Numbered from the stretch's first letter, positions 52,043 to 61,852 are shown. The stretch: 64,000 nt of DNA from Acidimicrobiales bacterium (GCA_965115985.1 OZ220474.1:2396909-2460908); one strand, 5' to 3'. Translations and numbers: made by a program. Notes: generated from the letters alone by a model not told the origin.

Positions 52043-52133
52043 CCCCTTGTCGCCATGAAGTGCCCATGATGACCATTCGTCGGAGTCGGCGACCGATGCC
52101 GAGCCCGGCATTGATCCCCTTGTCGCCATGAAG
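52043..52133. repeat. 73-bp-period duplication of the helicase start region
   Basis: ccccttgtcgccatgaag occurs at 52043 and 52116. The decoy ATG 52055 opens only MKCP*. Confidence 0.85.
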
Positions 52134-54941
52134 GGCCCCGAACCCCTGGGCCGCAGTGCTCTTGTCGCGGTGGGGCAGTCGGCACCGCAAGCCTGGCAGG
52201 GTTGCCCACGCCTGAGGGTGCGAACCGACCGCTTCGATCCGGCGGTGGGGCGGGAGCTGAGACGAGCGTGGGTGGAACGCACCCCGGTGGTGATCGAACT
52301 GCAAGGCAACCTGCCGGAGGCCGAGCCGGTCATTCATACCCATTGGTGGGAGCTCAATGCCGGTTTGACCATGCCCGCCGAGGTGTTCGGTCATCTCCTC
52401 ACCGCCAACACCGTGGATTGGCGTGATCCCCACCACCCCCGATTCGAGCCCCGGGAGCGAGCGCTGGTGCTGGGAGCCCGCCCGACCGCGGAGGGCGAGC
52501 CCGGTGATGTGGTGACCGCCACCGGACCGATCTGGTGCGACGGCGGGCCGTTCGCGGTGTTCGACCCCGAAGCGCTGGGGGCCGGATCGGTTCCCGCCGT
52601 TCCCGCCGTCAACCTGGCGGCCGGGAGCCTGGTCGCCCCGACCCCGACCCGACCCCGGGCCGACCTGGCCGACGACCAGATGGCCGCGGTGGCCCATCTG
52701 GGCGGCGGTGCCTGCATCGTGGCCCCGGCCGGTTCGGGCAAGACCCGGGTGCTCACCGAACGAGCCCGCTACCTGGTGCGCGACCTCGGCGTCGATCCCC
52801 GAGCCGTCTGCCTGGTGGCGTTCAACGTGCGGGCTCGGGCCGAGATGGCCGAACGCACCGCCGATCTCCCCGGTCTGGAGGTGCGCACGCTCAACAGCCT
52901 GGCCCTGGCGGTAACCAACGGCACCGGCCCGTTCGCCCGCCCCCGCGACCACGGCCGGGTGGAGGTGATCGACGAGCGCAGGGTGCGGGACCTGCTCGAC
53001 GGGATGGTGCCCCGCAAGCGGCGGGCCATGACCGACCAGCTCGCTCCCTGGATCGAGGCTCTGGGCGCGTCCCGGCTGGGTCTGCGGGATCCCGCCGAGG
53101 TGGAGCGCGACTTCCATCCCGATGTGCCCGACTTCTCGGTGATCGCCCCCCGATACGTCGATCTGCTCGACGAACGGGGCCTGGTGGACTTCGACCAGCA
53201 GATCGTTCGGGCCATCGACGTCCTGCTCGGCGACCCCGCGGCTCGGGCCGCGGCCCGGCGGGTGTGCGGCATCCTCTTGGTGGACGAGTTCCAGGATCTC
53301 ACCCCCGCACACCTGCTTTTGGTGCGGCTGCTGGCCGGACCCCGAGCCGATGTGTTCGGGGTGGGCGACGACGACCAGACCATCTACGGCTACTCCGGGG
53401 CGTCCCCGCAGTGGCTGATCGACTACGACAAGTTCTTCCCCGGATCCCGCCGCCACGAACTGCACGTCAACTACCGCTGCCCTCCCGAGGTGGTGGATGC
53501 CGCCTCCAACCTCCTGTCCCACAACCGCCGACGCATCGACAAGCAGATCACCGCGGCTGGGGGCCAAGCCGACCCCGACAATCCCGGCCAGGACCGCCCC
53601 GCCCGTTCCGGCCCGGACCGCCCCACCCCCGACCGCCCCGCCCCCGCCCGCCCCGGCCCGGTTGCACCCATCACCGTCCGGACGGCAGCCTACGGAGCAC
53701 CGGTACTGCGTCGGACCGTCGAATCCCTGCTGAACGCCGGTGTCCATCCCCACCACATCGCCGTTTTGGCTCGGGTGAACAGCACCCTGTTGGTTCCCCA
53801 GATCGTTCTTGGCGAGATGGAGGTGCCGTCCACCCGACCGGTGGGTCACTGGTTCCTGGAGCGCACCGGGGTGGCCGCCGCCCTGGCCTGGCTGGACATC
53901 GCCACCGCCCCGGAGCGGGGCCTGCCCGCCCAGGCCCTGGCCGATGCCGCCCGCCGTCCCCCCCGAGGCATCTCCCCTCGGGTCATCGAATGGATCGCCG
54001 AACAACAAAGCGTCTCGGAGATCAAGGCCCTGGCCCGCCGCATCAAGGACGAACGCTCCTCCCGGAAGGTGAGCGAGTTGGCCGACGATGTCAAGATGCT
54101 GCGGTCGAGGGCTCGCAAGGCCGGTGGTCGGGTCACCACCCGGGCCCTGCTGGAGACGGTGCGCGACGAGATGGGCCTGGGCGGAAGCCTGGACACTCGC
54201 CTGGACGCCTCCCGCCGCTCGGTGGATCGATCGGCCCACGGCGACGATCTACGAGCGCTCATCTCGGTGGCTCATCTGCACCCCGACCCGACCGATTTCA
54301 GGGAGTGGCTGGCCGACAGGCTGCCGGACGCAGGTGGGGGCGACCGGGGTGTCCGGCTGGCCACCGTGCATCGGGTGAAGGGGCTCGAGTGGCCCCACGT
54401 GATTGTCTACGAGGCGTCCAAGGGGCTGATGCCCCATCGCTTGTCGGGAGACCTGGAGGAGGAACGGCGGGTGTTCCACGTGGCCCTCACCCGCTGCTCG
54501 GAATCGGTCACCCTCATCTGCGGCGACCCACCCACCACCTTTCACCAGGAACTACTGACCCGCCACCAACCCCCTCCCGACCCCGACCCGACCACCACCG
54601 CCGACCTGCTCACGCCCCCCATCGTCACCGCCCCCACCCCACTACCCGACTCGCCCCCCAGCAAAACACCCACCAACAAGCCACCCTCACGCTCCAATCC
54701 CCATCCCCCCTCCGACCCCGTCGGCAGCGCCGCATTCGAGGCCCTGAAAGCCTGGAGACGCGAACGCAGCCGAGCCGACGGCGTTCCCGCCTACATCGTG
54801 TTCACCAACGCCACCCTGATGGAACTAGCCACCCACCGCCCCACCACCGACACCGAACTCCTATCCATCCCCGGCATCGGCCCCACCAAACTCACCACCT
54901 ACGGCGAAGACATCAAAAAAGTCCTCACCCAGTTCCACTAA
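52128..54941 (+). CDS. UvrD/Rep-family helicase with ~180-aa N-terminal extension and C-terminal HRDC domain (UvrD2-like)
   Basis: APAGSGKT Walker A, DEFQD, VHRVKGLEW, and a C-terminal AFEALKAWRRERS...IPGIGPTKL HRDC domain after a Pro/Thr-rich linker. Confidence 0.9.
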   Translation: MKGPEPLGRSALVAVGQSAPQAWQGCPRLRVRTDRFDPAVGRELRRAWVERTPVVIELQGNLPEAEPVIHTHWWELNAGLTMPAEVFGHLLTANTVDWRDPHHPRFEPRERALVLGARPTAEGEPGDVVTATGPIWCDGGPFAVFDPEALGAGSVPAVPAVNLAAGSLVAPTPTRPRADLADDQMAAVAHLGGGACIVAPAGSGKTRVLTERARYLVRDLGVDPRAVCLVAFNVRARAEMAERTADLPGLEVRTLNSLALAVTNGTGPFARPRDHGRVEVIDERRVRDLLDGMVPRKRRAMTDQLAPWIEALGASRLGLRDPAEVERDFHPDVPDFSVIAPRYVDLLDERGLVDFDQQIVRAIDVLLGDPAARAAARRVCGILLVDEFQDLTPAHLLLVRLLAGPRADVFGVGDDDQTIYGYSGASPQWLIDYDKFFPGSRRHELHVNYRCPPEVVDAASNLLSHNRRRIDKQITAAGGQADPDNPGQDRPARSGPDRPTPDRPAPARPGPVAPITVRTAAYGAPVLRRTVESLLNAGVHPHHIAVLARVNSTLLVPQIVLGEMEVPSTRPVGHWFLERTGVAAALAWLDIATAPERGLPAQALADAARRPPRGISPRVIEWIAEQQSVSEIKALARRIKDERSSRKVSELADDVKMLRSRARKAGGRVTTRALLETVRDEMGLGGSLDTRLDASRRSVDRSAHGDDLRALISVAHLHPDPTDFREWLADRLPDAGGGDRGVRLATVHRVKGLEWPHVIVYEASKGLMPHRLSGDLEEERRVFHVALTRCSESVTLICGDPPTTFHQELLTRHQPPPDPDPTTTADLLTPPIVTAPTPLPDSPPSKTPTNKPPSRSNPHPPSDPVGSAAFEALKAWRRERSRADGVPAYIVFTNATLMELATHRPTTDTELLSIPGIGPTKLTTYGEDIKKVLTQFH

Positions 54942-54975
54942 CCCTCGGCAAAAATAACTCCCACCGCTCATCGGA
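54654..54975. repeat. Segmental duplication copy 1 (HRDC-coding 3' end plus ~30 nt downstream)
   Basis: About 93% identical by eye to 61868-62172. Confidence 0.85.
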
Positions 54976-55315
54976 TATCGAATGTTGGCAATACCAACAG
55001 GGGAGAGACAGGTGAGGAGTTTATAAGAAGGTGTCTGAGGAGAGCAGGCTTTTCAGATAATGTTCAACATCTGGAGGAAGAACGAAGCCAACGAAGGACT
55101 AGCTGGCCACTTAGTGATGATGGCACAGGATCAGGATATTACCTATAAACTAACTAAACAATTAGCAGATATGAAACCTATAGATGAAATGGCTGAAATC
55201 CTACTTGAAAAAATGGTTGATGAATAAGTACTCCTGATAATTAACTTTGGCTACGCAAATAGATTGTGTTATAGCTCTCAATCCACCCGCTACTATTCAA
55301 AGTAGTAGGCTGATT

Positions 55316-57469
55316 TCAATTACTGGAATTCCACCGTCCATCCAAGCGCATTGAAGTCAAGCCCCAACATTCTGCTTTCCCAGTTTCCCGGAGGCCACAA
55401 GCATGGTAACCGTGGACTGATACCGATGTGAACCGACCACTGGGTACGTTCGTTATCAAATCTAGGCTCCTCCCGTACACATCTAGGTCACTCCCCCAGC
55501 ACACAATGGTGCCGTTTTCTCTTAGTCCACACGAGAACATAGCCTCTTTGGATGAGGCGATCGCGCTGAATCGACCATCCGGGGGATCTAGCACCCCGGT
55601 AGGGTTTCCATCTGGGTAGTAAACTTTATCATCCCCCCAACAAACCAGGGTACTATCCTCGCGTATACCACATGCATAGAAGAGCCCTGTGGACACTGCA
55701 GTAAACCGTCCTTCTGGTGCGTTCAGTTCCTTGAAAAAGTATTCATAAGTCCTATCATCATCCCGGATAAATGTTGTTGAAATCGCATCTTTTTTCCAGC
55801 ACTCGACTGTCCCATCTTCTCGCAGGCCACAGGTATGAAGGTCGCTCGTAGAAACTTCCATAAACTCGCCGCCAGAGTAATTATATAAAGGCCATAGTGT
55901 ATAGCCATTGGAATTCCAGCATACAATAGTATTGTCGATAGAGACACCACAATACAACCCCAATAAATTACTACTACTACCACTTATAGAGGTGAACTGG
56001 CCCTCAGGCTCATAGAAAGAAGTCTTATTCAAAGCCATACTATAACCATAGTCCCAGCAGCGGATATTTCCATCTATTAGAAGACCGCAACTATCACGAC
56101 GAGTATGAGCAATATCAATAAACTTGCCTTTAGGCATATTTAGTGTTTCCCCCATTCCCCATCCCCAGCACTGGATCGTACCATCGTTACGAATACCGCA
56201 TGTGGAGTTGCCATATCCTGCATGGACACTTTTGAACTGGGAGTCAGGTGCACCAGTCTTCTCAATACTGCACCGGTCACCCTCGGGCCAACCAAGTAGT
56301 TTGAGGTGCCCACAGCCGATGTAAGAAGTTATATTACCACCATAGTTGAAAGTATACGGGCTGCACCCTATACCGTACATGATCGAACAATCTTGTGGGT
56401 GGTCAAGATAAAACACCGAATGTCCAATCTCATGTGCAACTAAAGGAAGATTCCAATATCTATGGCAATCAGCCTTATCCATGCTCAAACGCGAGTTACC
56501 AGACTCACCTCCGTCAGGACAATTAGGTGCAAATACATGACGGTACCAAGGTTCTTCATACCATGGATGGGCACTAATATACCATTCATAAAATGATTCA
56601 GGAGTATAAACCACTGCATACTTTCCATAACTCGCGTAGCCTGCCGCACCACCCCCTGGGGCTGCATCAACTAATATTAACAAATTGTTGTAGTCTCCTA
56701 AATCTTGGATTGCAGTAAGACATGGCTTACCTTCTAACTTACTAAGGCCGCCTATAGTCAAACCTTTCCATTCTATATTTGGTGAAACAATTCCTCCATA
56801 AATGAATTCAAGGCTTACTAGGTTAGATGATTGCTTAGCGTAGAAAGTAGACACTACATCATTCAATCTAGCTATATCATGATTGATATATATATCTGTG
56901 TATCGCTGACTATCAGGCACACAGTAGAACACTGTAATATCTACCTTACCTGTGAAAGGCACTGGTGAGAGTGGGAGGGTCAATGGTGAGCTGTATAGCC
57001 ACCGGCCGGTGGGAGCATCAAGGGGGAAATAGCGGACCTGGGGCAAGAGGTGACCACCCCATGTGTTATCAACTCGACCCAACTGAAGGGCGAACTCAGT
57101 CCTGCCACTGATCAGCCTGCGAGCTGCAATACGGACGGTTCCAGTTTCAATAGTAAGCGGTGAACTGGATAGCCACCAGTCGATGGAGGTGGAAGTAGGG
57201 AAGTAACGAGTGCTGGGCAAGAGGCGGTCACCCCAAGTGTTATCGAGCTGACGTAACTGAGCGGCAAACTCAATTCTACCGTCACTCAATTTGCGGGCCG
57301 CGATACGTACCTCCAACTCATCGTCATCACCAATCAGTTCCTGTGCAGTGGCTTCGGAAGAAACAACCACCAAGCCCACCGCTATCGACACCACCACCAA
57401 ACCGACACCCACCAGACTCCTCCACCATTGTCGAATTGGAGAGGAAGGGGAGAGGAGGGGAGGGTTCAT
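55316..57469 (-). CDS. Secreted multidomain protein: 2 N-terminal ~55-aa modules + HExxH metalloprotease-like domain + degenerate RCC1-like repeats
   Basis: Signal/TM region WWRSLVGVGLVVVSIAVGLVVVSS, VAHEIGHSVFYLDHP, and seven C(G/W)-type blades (CGIRNDGTIQCWG ... ACGLRETGKAECWG). The gene is A+T-rich. Confidence 0.75.
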   Translation of the reverse strand: MNPPLLSPSSPIRQWWRSLVGVGLVVVSIAVGLVVVSSEATAQELIGDDDELEVRIAARKLSDGRIEFAAQLRQLDNTWGDRLLPSTRYFPTSTSIDWWLSSSPLTIETGTVRIAARRLISGRTEFALQLGRVDNTWGGHLLPQVRYFPLDAPTGRWLYSSPLTLPLSPVPFTGKVDITVFYCVPDSQRYTDIYINHDIARLNDVVSTFYAKQSSNLVSLEFIYGGIVSPNIEWKGLTIGGLSKLEGKPCLTAIQDLGDYNNLLILVDAAPGGGAAGYASYGKYAVVYTPESFYEWYISAHPWYEEPWYRHVFAPNCPDGGESGNSRLSMDKADCHRYWNLPLVAHEIGHSVFYLDHPQDCSIMYGIGCSPYTFNYGGNITSYIGCGHLKLLGWPEGDRCSIEKTGAPDSQFKSVHAGYGNSTCGIRNDGTIQCWGWGMGETLNMPKGKFIDIAHTRRDSCGLLIDGNIRCWDYGYSMALNKTSFYEPEGQFTSISGSSSNLLGLYCGVSIDNTIVCWNSNGYTLWPLYNYSGGEFMEVSTSDLHTCGLREDGTVECWKKDAISTTFIRDDDRTYEYFFKELNAPEGRFTAVSTGLFYACGIREDSTLVCWGDDKVYYPDGNPTGVLDPPDGRFSAIASSKEAMFSCGLRENGTIVCWGSDLDVYGRSLDLITNVPSGRFTSVSVHGYHACGLRETGKAECWGLTSMRLDGRWNSSN

Positions 57470-57519
57470 CTTTAAAGATTATACTTAGGACATCGGGATT
57501 GCAACTGTAACACGGCGTT

Positions 57520-58400
57520 TGTGTGCAGATAAGTGTTTTCGGATCGAGGCGATAGTCAAGTTGGAGTGCTTGATGTCCGAGATCGTTCGGCGGTCGGGTC
57601 GGAACCGCTCCGCGGTGTGACGGGAGTTAGCCCGCAAAGGTCGACGACCGTGCCGAACCCGATCACTGGGAGAGCAATCTATTGGCAAGCTCTATTGGTG
57701 GTCGCGACAGAGTTCATTGTAGATGGTTTGGGCTGTTCGCCAGTTGCGGGGGTTTGCGGGGCATGGTGTCGGGCTGGTCCTCGATGATGGCGAGGCGTAC
57801 CGGGTTGATATCCAGGTCGGTCGATTTGAGCACCCAGCGTCTTATCTGTTCGTTGGTGGCTCGCTGCCAGGGCGAGCGCGCCTCGCAGAAATAGACCTCG
57901 ATACCCAGGGCGTTTTCGATGTCGGCCCATTGGGCCATCTCGGTGCCCTGGTCCCAGGTCAAAGTCTTGACCATGGCCGACGGTTGGCGACCCAGCACCG
58001 CGGTGGCGGCTCGTGCGGTGCTGTTGGTGTCGTAGCCGTCGGGCAACGCCACCAACAGGGTATGGCGGCTGGTTCTTTCCACCAGGGAGATAATGGCCGT
58101 CCGGTTGTTCCGGCCGATGATCAGATCGCCCTCCCAGTGGCCCGCCTCGCAGCGGTCGTCGACCTCGACGGGTCGCTCGGTCAAGCACCGGTAGTCGCCC
58201 AGCACGGAGCGTTCGTTGCGGGCGACCTCCCGCCACACCGCCGAGCGGCTCCGACCCAACCGCCGCGTAACCTCGGCCACAGAGAGCCCCAACCCGACCA
58301 TCGCCTCGATCCGAAACCGCTCACCCGCACCCAAACGCCGTGCCATAATAGAAACCTCCACCGGTTGATTGCCGACACTTCTAACCGGCCATTATGGCCG
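57520..58400. mobile_element. IS30-family debris (two fragments in opposite orientation)
   Basis: ORF 57714..58361 (-) has an HTH (LSVAEVTRRLGRSRSAVWREVARN) joined directly to a partial DDE core (HWEGDLI, TWDQGTEM), too short for an intact IS30 transposase. 57590-57660 (+) reads SEIVRRSGRNRSAV*RELARKG, a second broken HTH fragment. Confidence 0.7.
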
Positions 58401-58692
58401 ACCCGTCGCAACCACCAGTGGAGTTCAACGACTGTTGCTTTGAAGCTCACGCTGGCAAGTTGCCACCCACCACAGGATAAAGGTCGGCTGGGTCTCTACA
58501 GGTGTCAACCACAACGACTAAACTCCTTTGCCCTGACCAGCACAGCCACCCTAGGTTTGCTCCAACACATCAGTACCCTTCACCTTTATCGCGGCTACAG
58601 GAGCGAACCCTAGCACCTAATCTGCCTGGACCACAGCATCAATGATGTCGTCCGAACTCCCAACGACCGTCCAGCAAAAACGCCTCCTACGC

Positions 58693-60588
58693 TCAGCCAA
58701 GTCGTAGGTTGAGGTTGCCGTTGCCCCAGCAGGTGATGGTGCCGTCGATGCGCAGCTTGCACGAATGCGACCCGCCGGCGGATACCGCGGCGAATCGGAT
58801 GTCGGGTGCCTCCGCCCGCCCGTGGTCGTTGTCGCCCCAGCAGGTGATCGTGCCATCGGTGCGCAGCCCGCACGAATGCGATCCGCCGGCGGATACTGCG
58901 GTGAATTGCCCGCCGGGTGCTACTACCTGCCCGTGGTCGTTGTCGCCCCAGCAGGTGATCGTGCCGTTGGTGCGCAAACCACAAGAATGCGATCCGCCGG
59001 CGGATACCGCGGTGAATTGCCCGCCGGGTGCCTCCGCCCGCCTGGAGTCGTTGTCGCCCCAGCAGGTGATCGTGCCGTTGGTGCGCAAACCACAAGAATG
59101 CGATCCGCCGGCGGATACCGCGGTGAATTGCCCGCCGGGTGCCTCCGCCCGCCCGGAGCCGTTGTAGCCCCAGCAGGTGATCGTGCCGTTGGTGCGCAAA
59201 CCACAAGAGTGCGATCCGCCGGCGGATACCGCGGTGAACTGTCCGTCCGGTGCCTCCGCCTGCCCGTAGCCGTTGTTGCCCCAGCAGGTGATCGTGCCAT
59301 CGGTGCGCAAACCGCACGAATGCTCGCCGCCGGCGGATACCGCGGTGAATTGCCCGCCGGGTGCCTCCGCCCGCCCGTTGTTGCGCCAGCAGGTGATCGT
59401 GCCATCGGTGCGCAAACCGCACGAATGCGATCCGCCGGCGGATACCGCGGCGAACTGTCCATCCGGTGCCTCCGCCCGCCCGTAGCCGTTGTCGCCCCAG
59501 CAGGTGATCGTGCCGTTGATGCGCGCACCGCACGAATGCGATCCGCCGGCGGATACCGCGGCGAATCGGATGTCGGGTGCCTCCGCCCGTCCGTGGTCGT
59601 TGTCGCCCCAGCAGGTGATCGTGCCATCGGTGCGCAGCCCGCACGAATGCGATCCGCCGGCGGATACTGCGGTGAATTGCCCGCCGGGTGCTACTACCTG
59701 CCCGTGGTCGTTGTCGCCCCAGCAGGTGATCGTGCCGTTGGTGCGCAAACCACAAGAATGCGATCCGCCGGCGGATACCGCGGTGAATTGCCCGCCGGGT
59801 GCCTCCGCCCGCCTGGAGTCGTTGTAGCCCCAGCAGGTGATCGTGCCGTTGGTGCGCAAACCACAAGAATGCGATCCGCCGGCGGATACCGCGGCGAACT
59901 GCCCGTCCGGTGCCTCCGCCCGCCCGTAGCCGTTGTCGCCCCAGCAGGTGATCGTGCCATCGGTGCGCAAACCACAAGAATGCGGTCCGCCGGCGGATAC
60001 CGCGGCGAACTGCCCGTCCGGTGCCTCCGCCCGCCCGTAGCCGTTGTCGCCCCAGCAGGTGATCGTGCCATCGGTGCGCAAACCGCACGAATGCTCGCCG
60101 CCGGCGGATACCGCGGCGAACTGCCCGTCCGGTGCCTCCGCCTGCCCGTAGCCGTTGTTGCCCCAGCAGGTGATCGTGCCATCGGTGCGCAAACCGCACG
60201 AATGCTCGCCGCCGGCGGATACCGCGGTGAACTGTTCTGCCGTGACTCGTTCTGGGTTGGGGGTAGGTGTGGGTTGGAGGGTGAGGGGGGAGCTGTTGAG
60301 CCATTGGCCGGTGGAGGCGGTGGTGGGGAAGTAGCGCTTGTCGGGTAGGAGGCGGTCGCTCCATGTGTTGTCGGGCTGGCGGGTTTGGAGGGCGAACTCG
60401 ATCCTGCCGCTGTTCAATTTGCGGGCGGTGATTCGTACTTCCCGCGTACCATCATCAGCAGTCTGGGTTTGGGTGGCTACAGTGGGAGCAACGGCTGTGA
60501 CCCCTACTGAGATTGCCAGTATCACCGCGCTGGCCCACACCAACGATTTTACTTTTTTCTTGCCCATTTTTACTTTTCCCCTGTCCAT
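58693..60588 (-). CDS. Secreted RCC1-like repeat protein (one N-terminal module + 14 x 37-aa blades)
   Basis: Signal/TM region KSLVWASAVILAISVGVTAVA. The unit GQFTAVSAGGSHSCGLRTDGTITCWGDNGYGRAEAPD is 111 bp. Alternative start at 60567. Confidence 0.85.
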   Translation of the reverse strand: MDRGKVKMGKKKVKSLVWASAVILAISVGVTAVAPTVATQTQTADDGTREVRITARKLNSGRIEFALQTRQPDNTWSDRLLPDKRYFPTTASTGQWLNSSPLTLQPTPTPNPERVTAEQFTAVSAGGEHSCGLRTDGTITCWGNNGYGQAEAPDGQFAAVSAGGEHSCGLRTDGTITCWGDNGYGRAEAPDGQFAAVSAGGPHSCGLRTDGTITCWGDNGYGRAEAPDGQFAAVSAGGSHSCGLRTNGTITCWGYNDSRRAEAPGGQFTAVSAGGSHSCGLRTNGTITCWGDNDHGQVVAPGGQFTAVSAGGSHSCGLRTDGTITCWGDNDHGRAEAPDIRFAAVSAGGSHSCGARINGTITCWGDNGYGRAEAPDGQFAAVSAGGSHSCGLRTDGTITCWRNNGRAEAPGGQFTAVSAGGEHSCGLRTDGTITCWGNNGYGQAEAPDGQFTAVSAGGSHSCGLRTNGTITCWGYNGSGRAEAPGGQFTAVSAGGSHSCGLRTNGTITCWGDNDSRRAEAPGGQFTAVSAGGSHSCGLRTNGTITCWGDNDHGQVVAPGGQFTAVSAGGSHSCGLRTDGTITCWGDNDHGRAEAPDIRFAAVSAGGSHSCKLRIDGTITCWGNGNLNLRLG

Positions 60589-60590
60589 TT

Positions 60591-61118
60591 CTAGCCCTTG
60601 TAGCTTTCACCGAAACTTTTGCCTGGGAAGCCTCCGGATTCGGTATCGTCCTTGTTGCCGTCGGAAAACCCGTCCTCGTATCCATCCTCGAATGCGTTCT
60701 TCATATCCTCCAACGTGTTAATGCTGATCCCGTTTAGGCACGCTATGTAACCCAGCCTGTAACCGTAATCATTGTTTCTGGCTGGATCTTCATCCTTGCA
60801 ATCTTTGTGGCCATCTTCGATGTCATCCATACCGCCCAAATCATACATAAAGCTGTCTGCACTGTCGTGATCGAAGTTGTTTGAGTACCAGCCATCGTCG
60901 TAGCCTTCGTTGTAGCCATATCCGTAGCCGATCTCTTTGGCCAAACCCCCGGCTCCTCCCCCTCCGCAAGCAGTGGCCAGAGCCACTACAAAAAGAACGA
61001 TGATCGCCAGCGGCTTGTATGCCGTGGTGGCATGGTTGCCCGCGACCCCGGTGTCCGGCTCCGAGGCTGGAGCGTCCCATTCTCTCGTGTCCACCGATTC
61101 GCGTCCCTGCTCTGACAT
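60591..61118 (-). CDS. Acidic Gly/Tyr/Asp-rich lipoprotein
   Basis: TM and lipobox IIVLFVVALATAC. Its stop is 2 nt from the start of the RCC1 gene. Confidence 0.65.
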   Translation of the reverse strand: MSEQGRESVDTREWDAPASEPDTGVAGNHATTAYKPLAIIVLFVVALATACGGGGAGGLAKEIGYGYGYNEGYDDGWYSNNFDHDSADSFMYDLGGMDDIEDGHKDCKDEDPARNNDYGYRLGYIACLNGISINTLEDMKNAFEDGYEDGFSDGNKDDTESGGFPGKSFGESYKG

Positions 61119-61197
61119 GATCTTGTACCTGTCCTTCCCCCCTGGAAAGTCAGCAAACTTCCCAAGTCCCGGTTGAATGCAGTGCTATCAGATTGCA

Positions 61198-61226
61198 GTT
61201 CTACCCCCCCCCCCCCCCCGTGTCAA
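61198..61226 (-). promoter_or_regulatory. Inverted twin of the TTGACA-c-G16-TAG element
   Basis: Plus strand ctaC16gtgtcaag (C run 61204-61219). On the minus strand this reads TTGACA-c-G16-TAGAAC, about 80 nt upstream of ATG 61118. Confidence 0.35.
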
Positions 61227-61345
61227 GCCTTAGGGCAGAGAAATCCAAAAAATCCAGGAACGATCCGGACTGCCTGGCCAGCGGGGGTGAACCCGCCGGC
61301 GGGCTACTGCCCCGGGCACCCTCGTCGGCACCCCGGTGCCGGAGG

Positions 61346-61852
61346 CTAGACCCGAGCCAGCGTCTCCCGGGCGGCGGTGGCGATGCCGGCGGGGTCGAGG
61401 CCGCAGTGGGCGAGGATTTGGTCGGGTTTGCCGTGGGCGATGTACTGGTTGGGCACGCCGAGCACTCGGATGGGGGGTACGGGGCCGTGGTGGCCGCGGT
61501 GGGCCAGGTGGTCGGCGATGGAGCTGCCGGCTCCGCCGTCGCGCCAGCCGTCCTCGATGGTCACCACCGCGCGGTGGGCGGCGGCGTCGGCCAGCATGTC
61601 GGGGTCTAGCGGCTTGACGCAGCGGACGTCCCACACGGTGGCCGATACGTCGTCGGCGGCCAGCAGATCGGCGGCTTCTGTGGCGGCGGCCAGCATCTTG
61701 CCCACGGCCAGCAGGCACACGTCGGTGCCCGACCGGGCCTTGCGTCCCCGCAGGCCGTAGCCCACCTGGTCGTCGGGCACCGAGGGGGCCGCGGTCTTGG
61801 CCCAACGCAGGGCCACCGGGCCGGTGGTGACCTCCAGGGCGTCGTGGAGCAT
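61346..61852 (-). pseudogene. dxs: 3' fragment (last ~168 codons) of 1-deoxy-D-xylulose-5-phosphate synthase
   Basis: It matches only the transketolase C-terminal domain of DXS (LLAVGKM..., VWDVRCVKPLD, TIEDG). An in-frame stop lies 13 codons upstream of the first Met, and homology ends at ~61853. Confidence 0.75.

Noticed and set aside
49140-54239. 1699-aa minus-strand ORF, the longest in the track
   Set aside because: It is a shadow ORF typical of high-G+C DNA. The translation is low-complexity and rich in G, R, P and H, with no recognisable domains. It lies antisense to four plus-strand genes that have clear family signatures (NfuA-like, D-aminoacylase, UvrD helicase).
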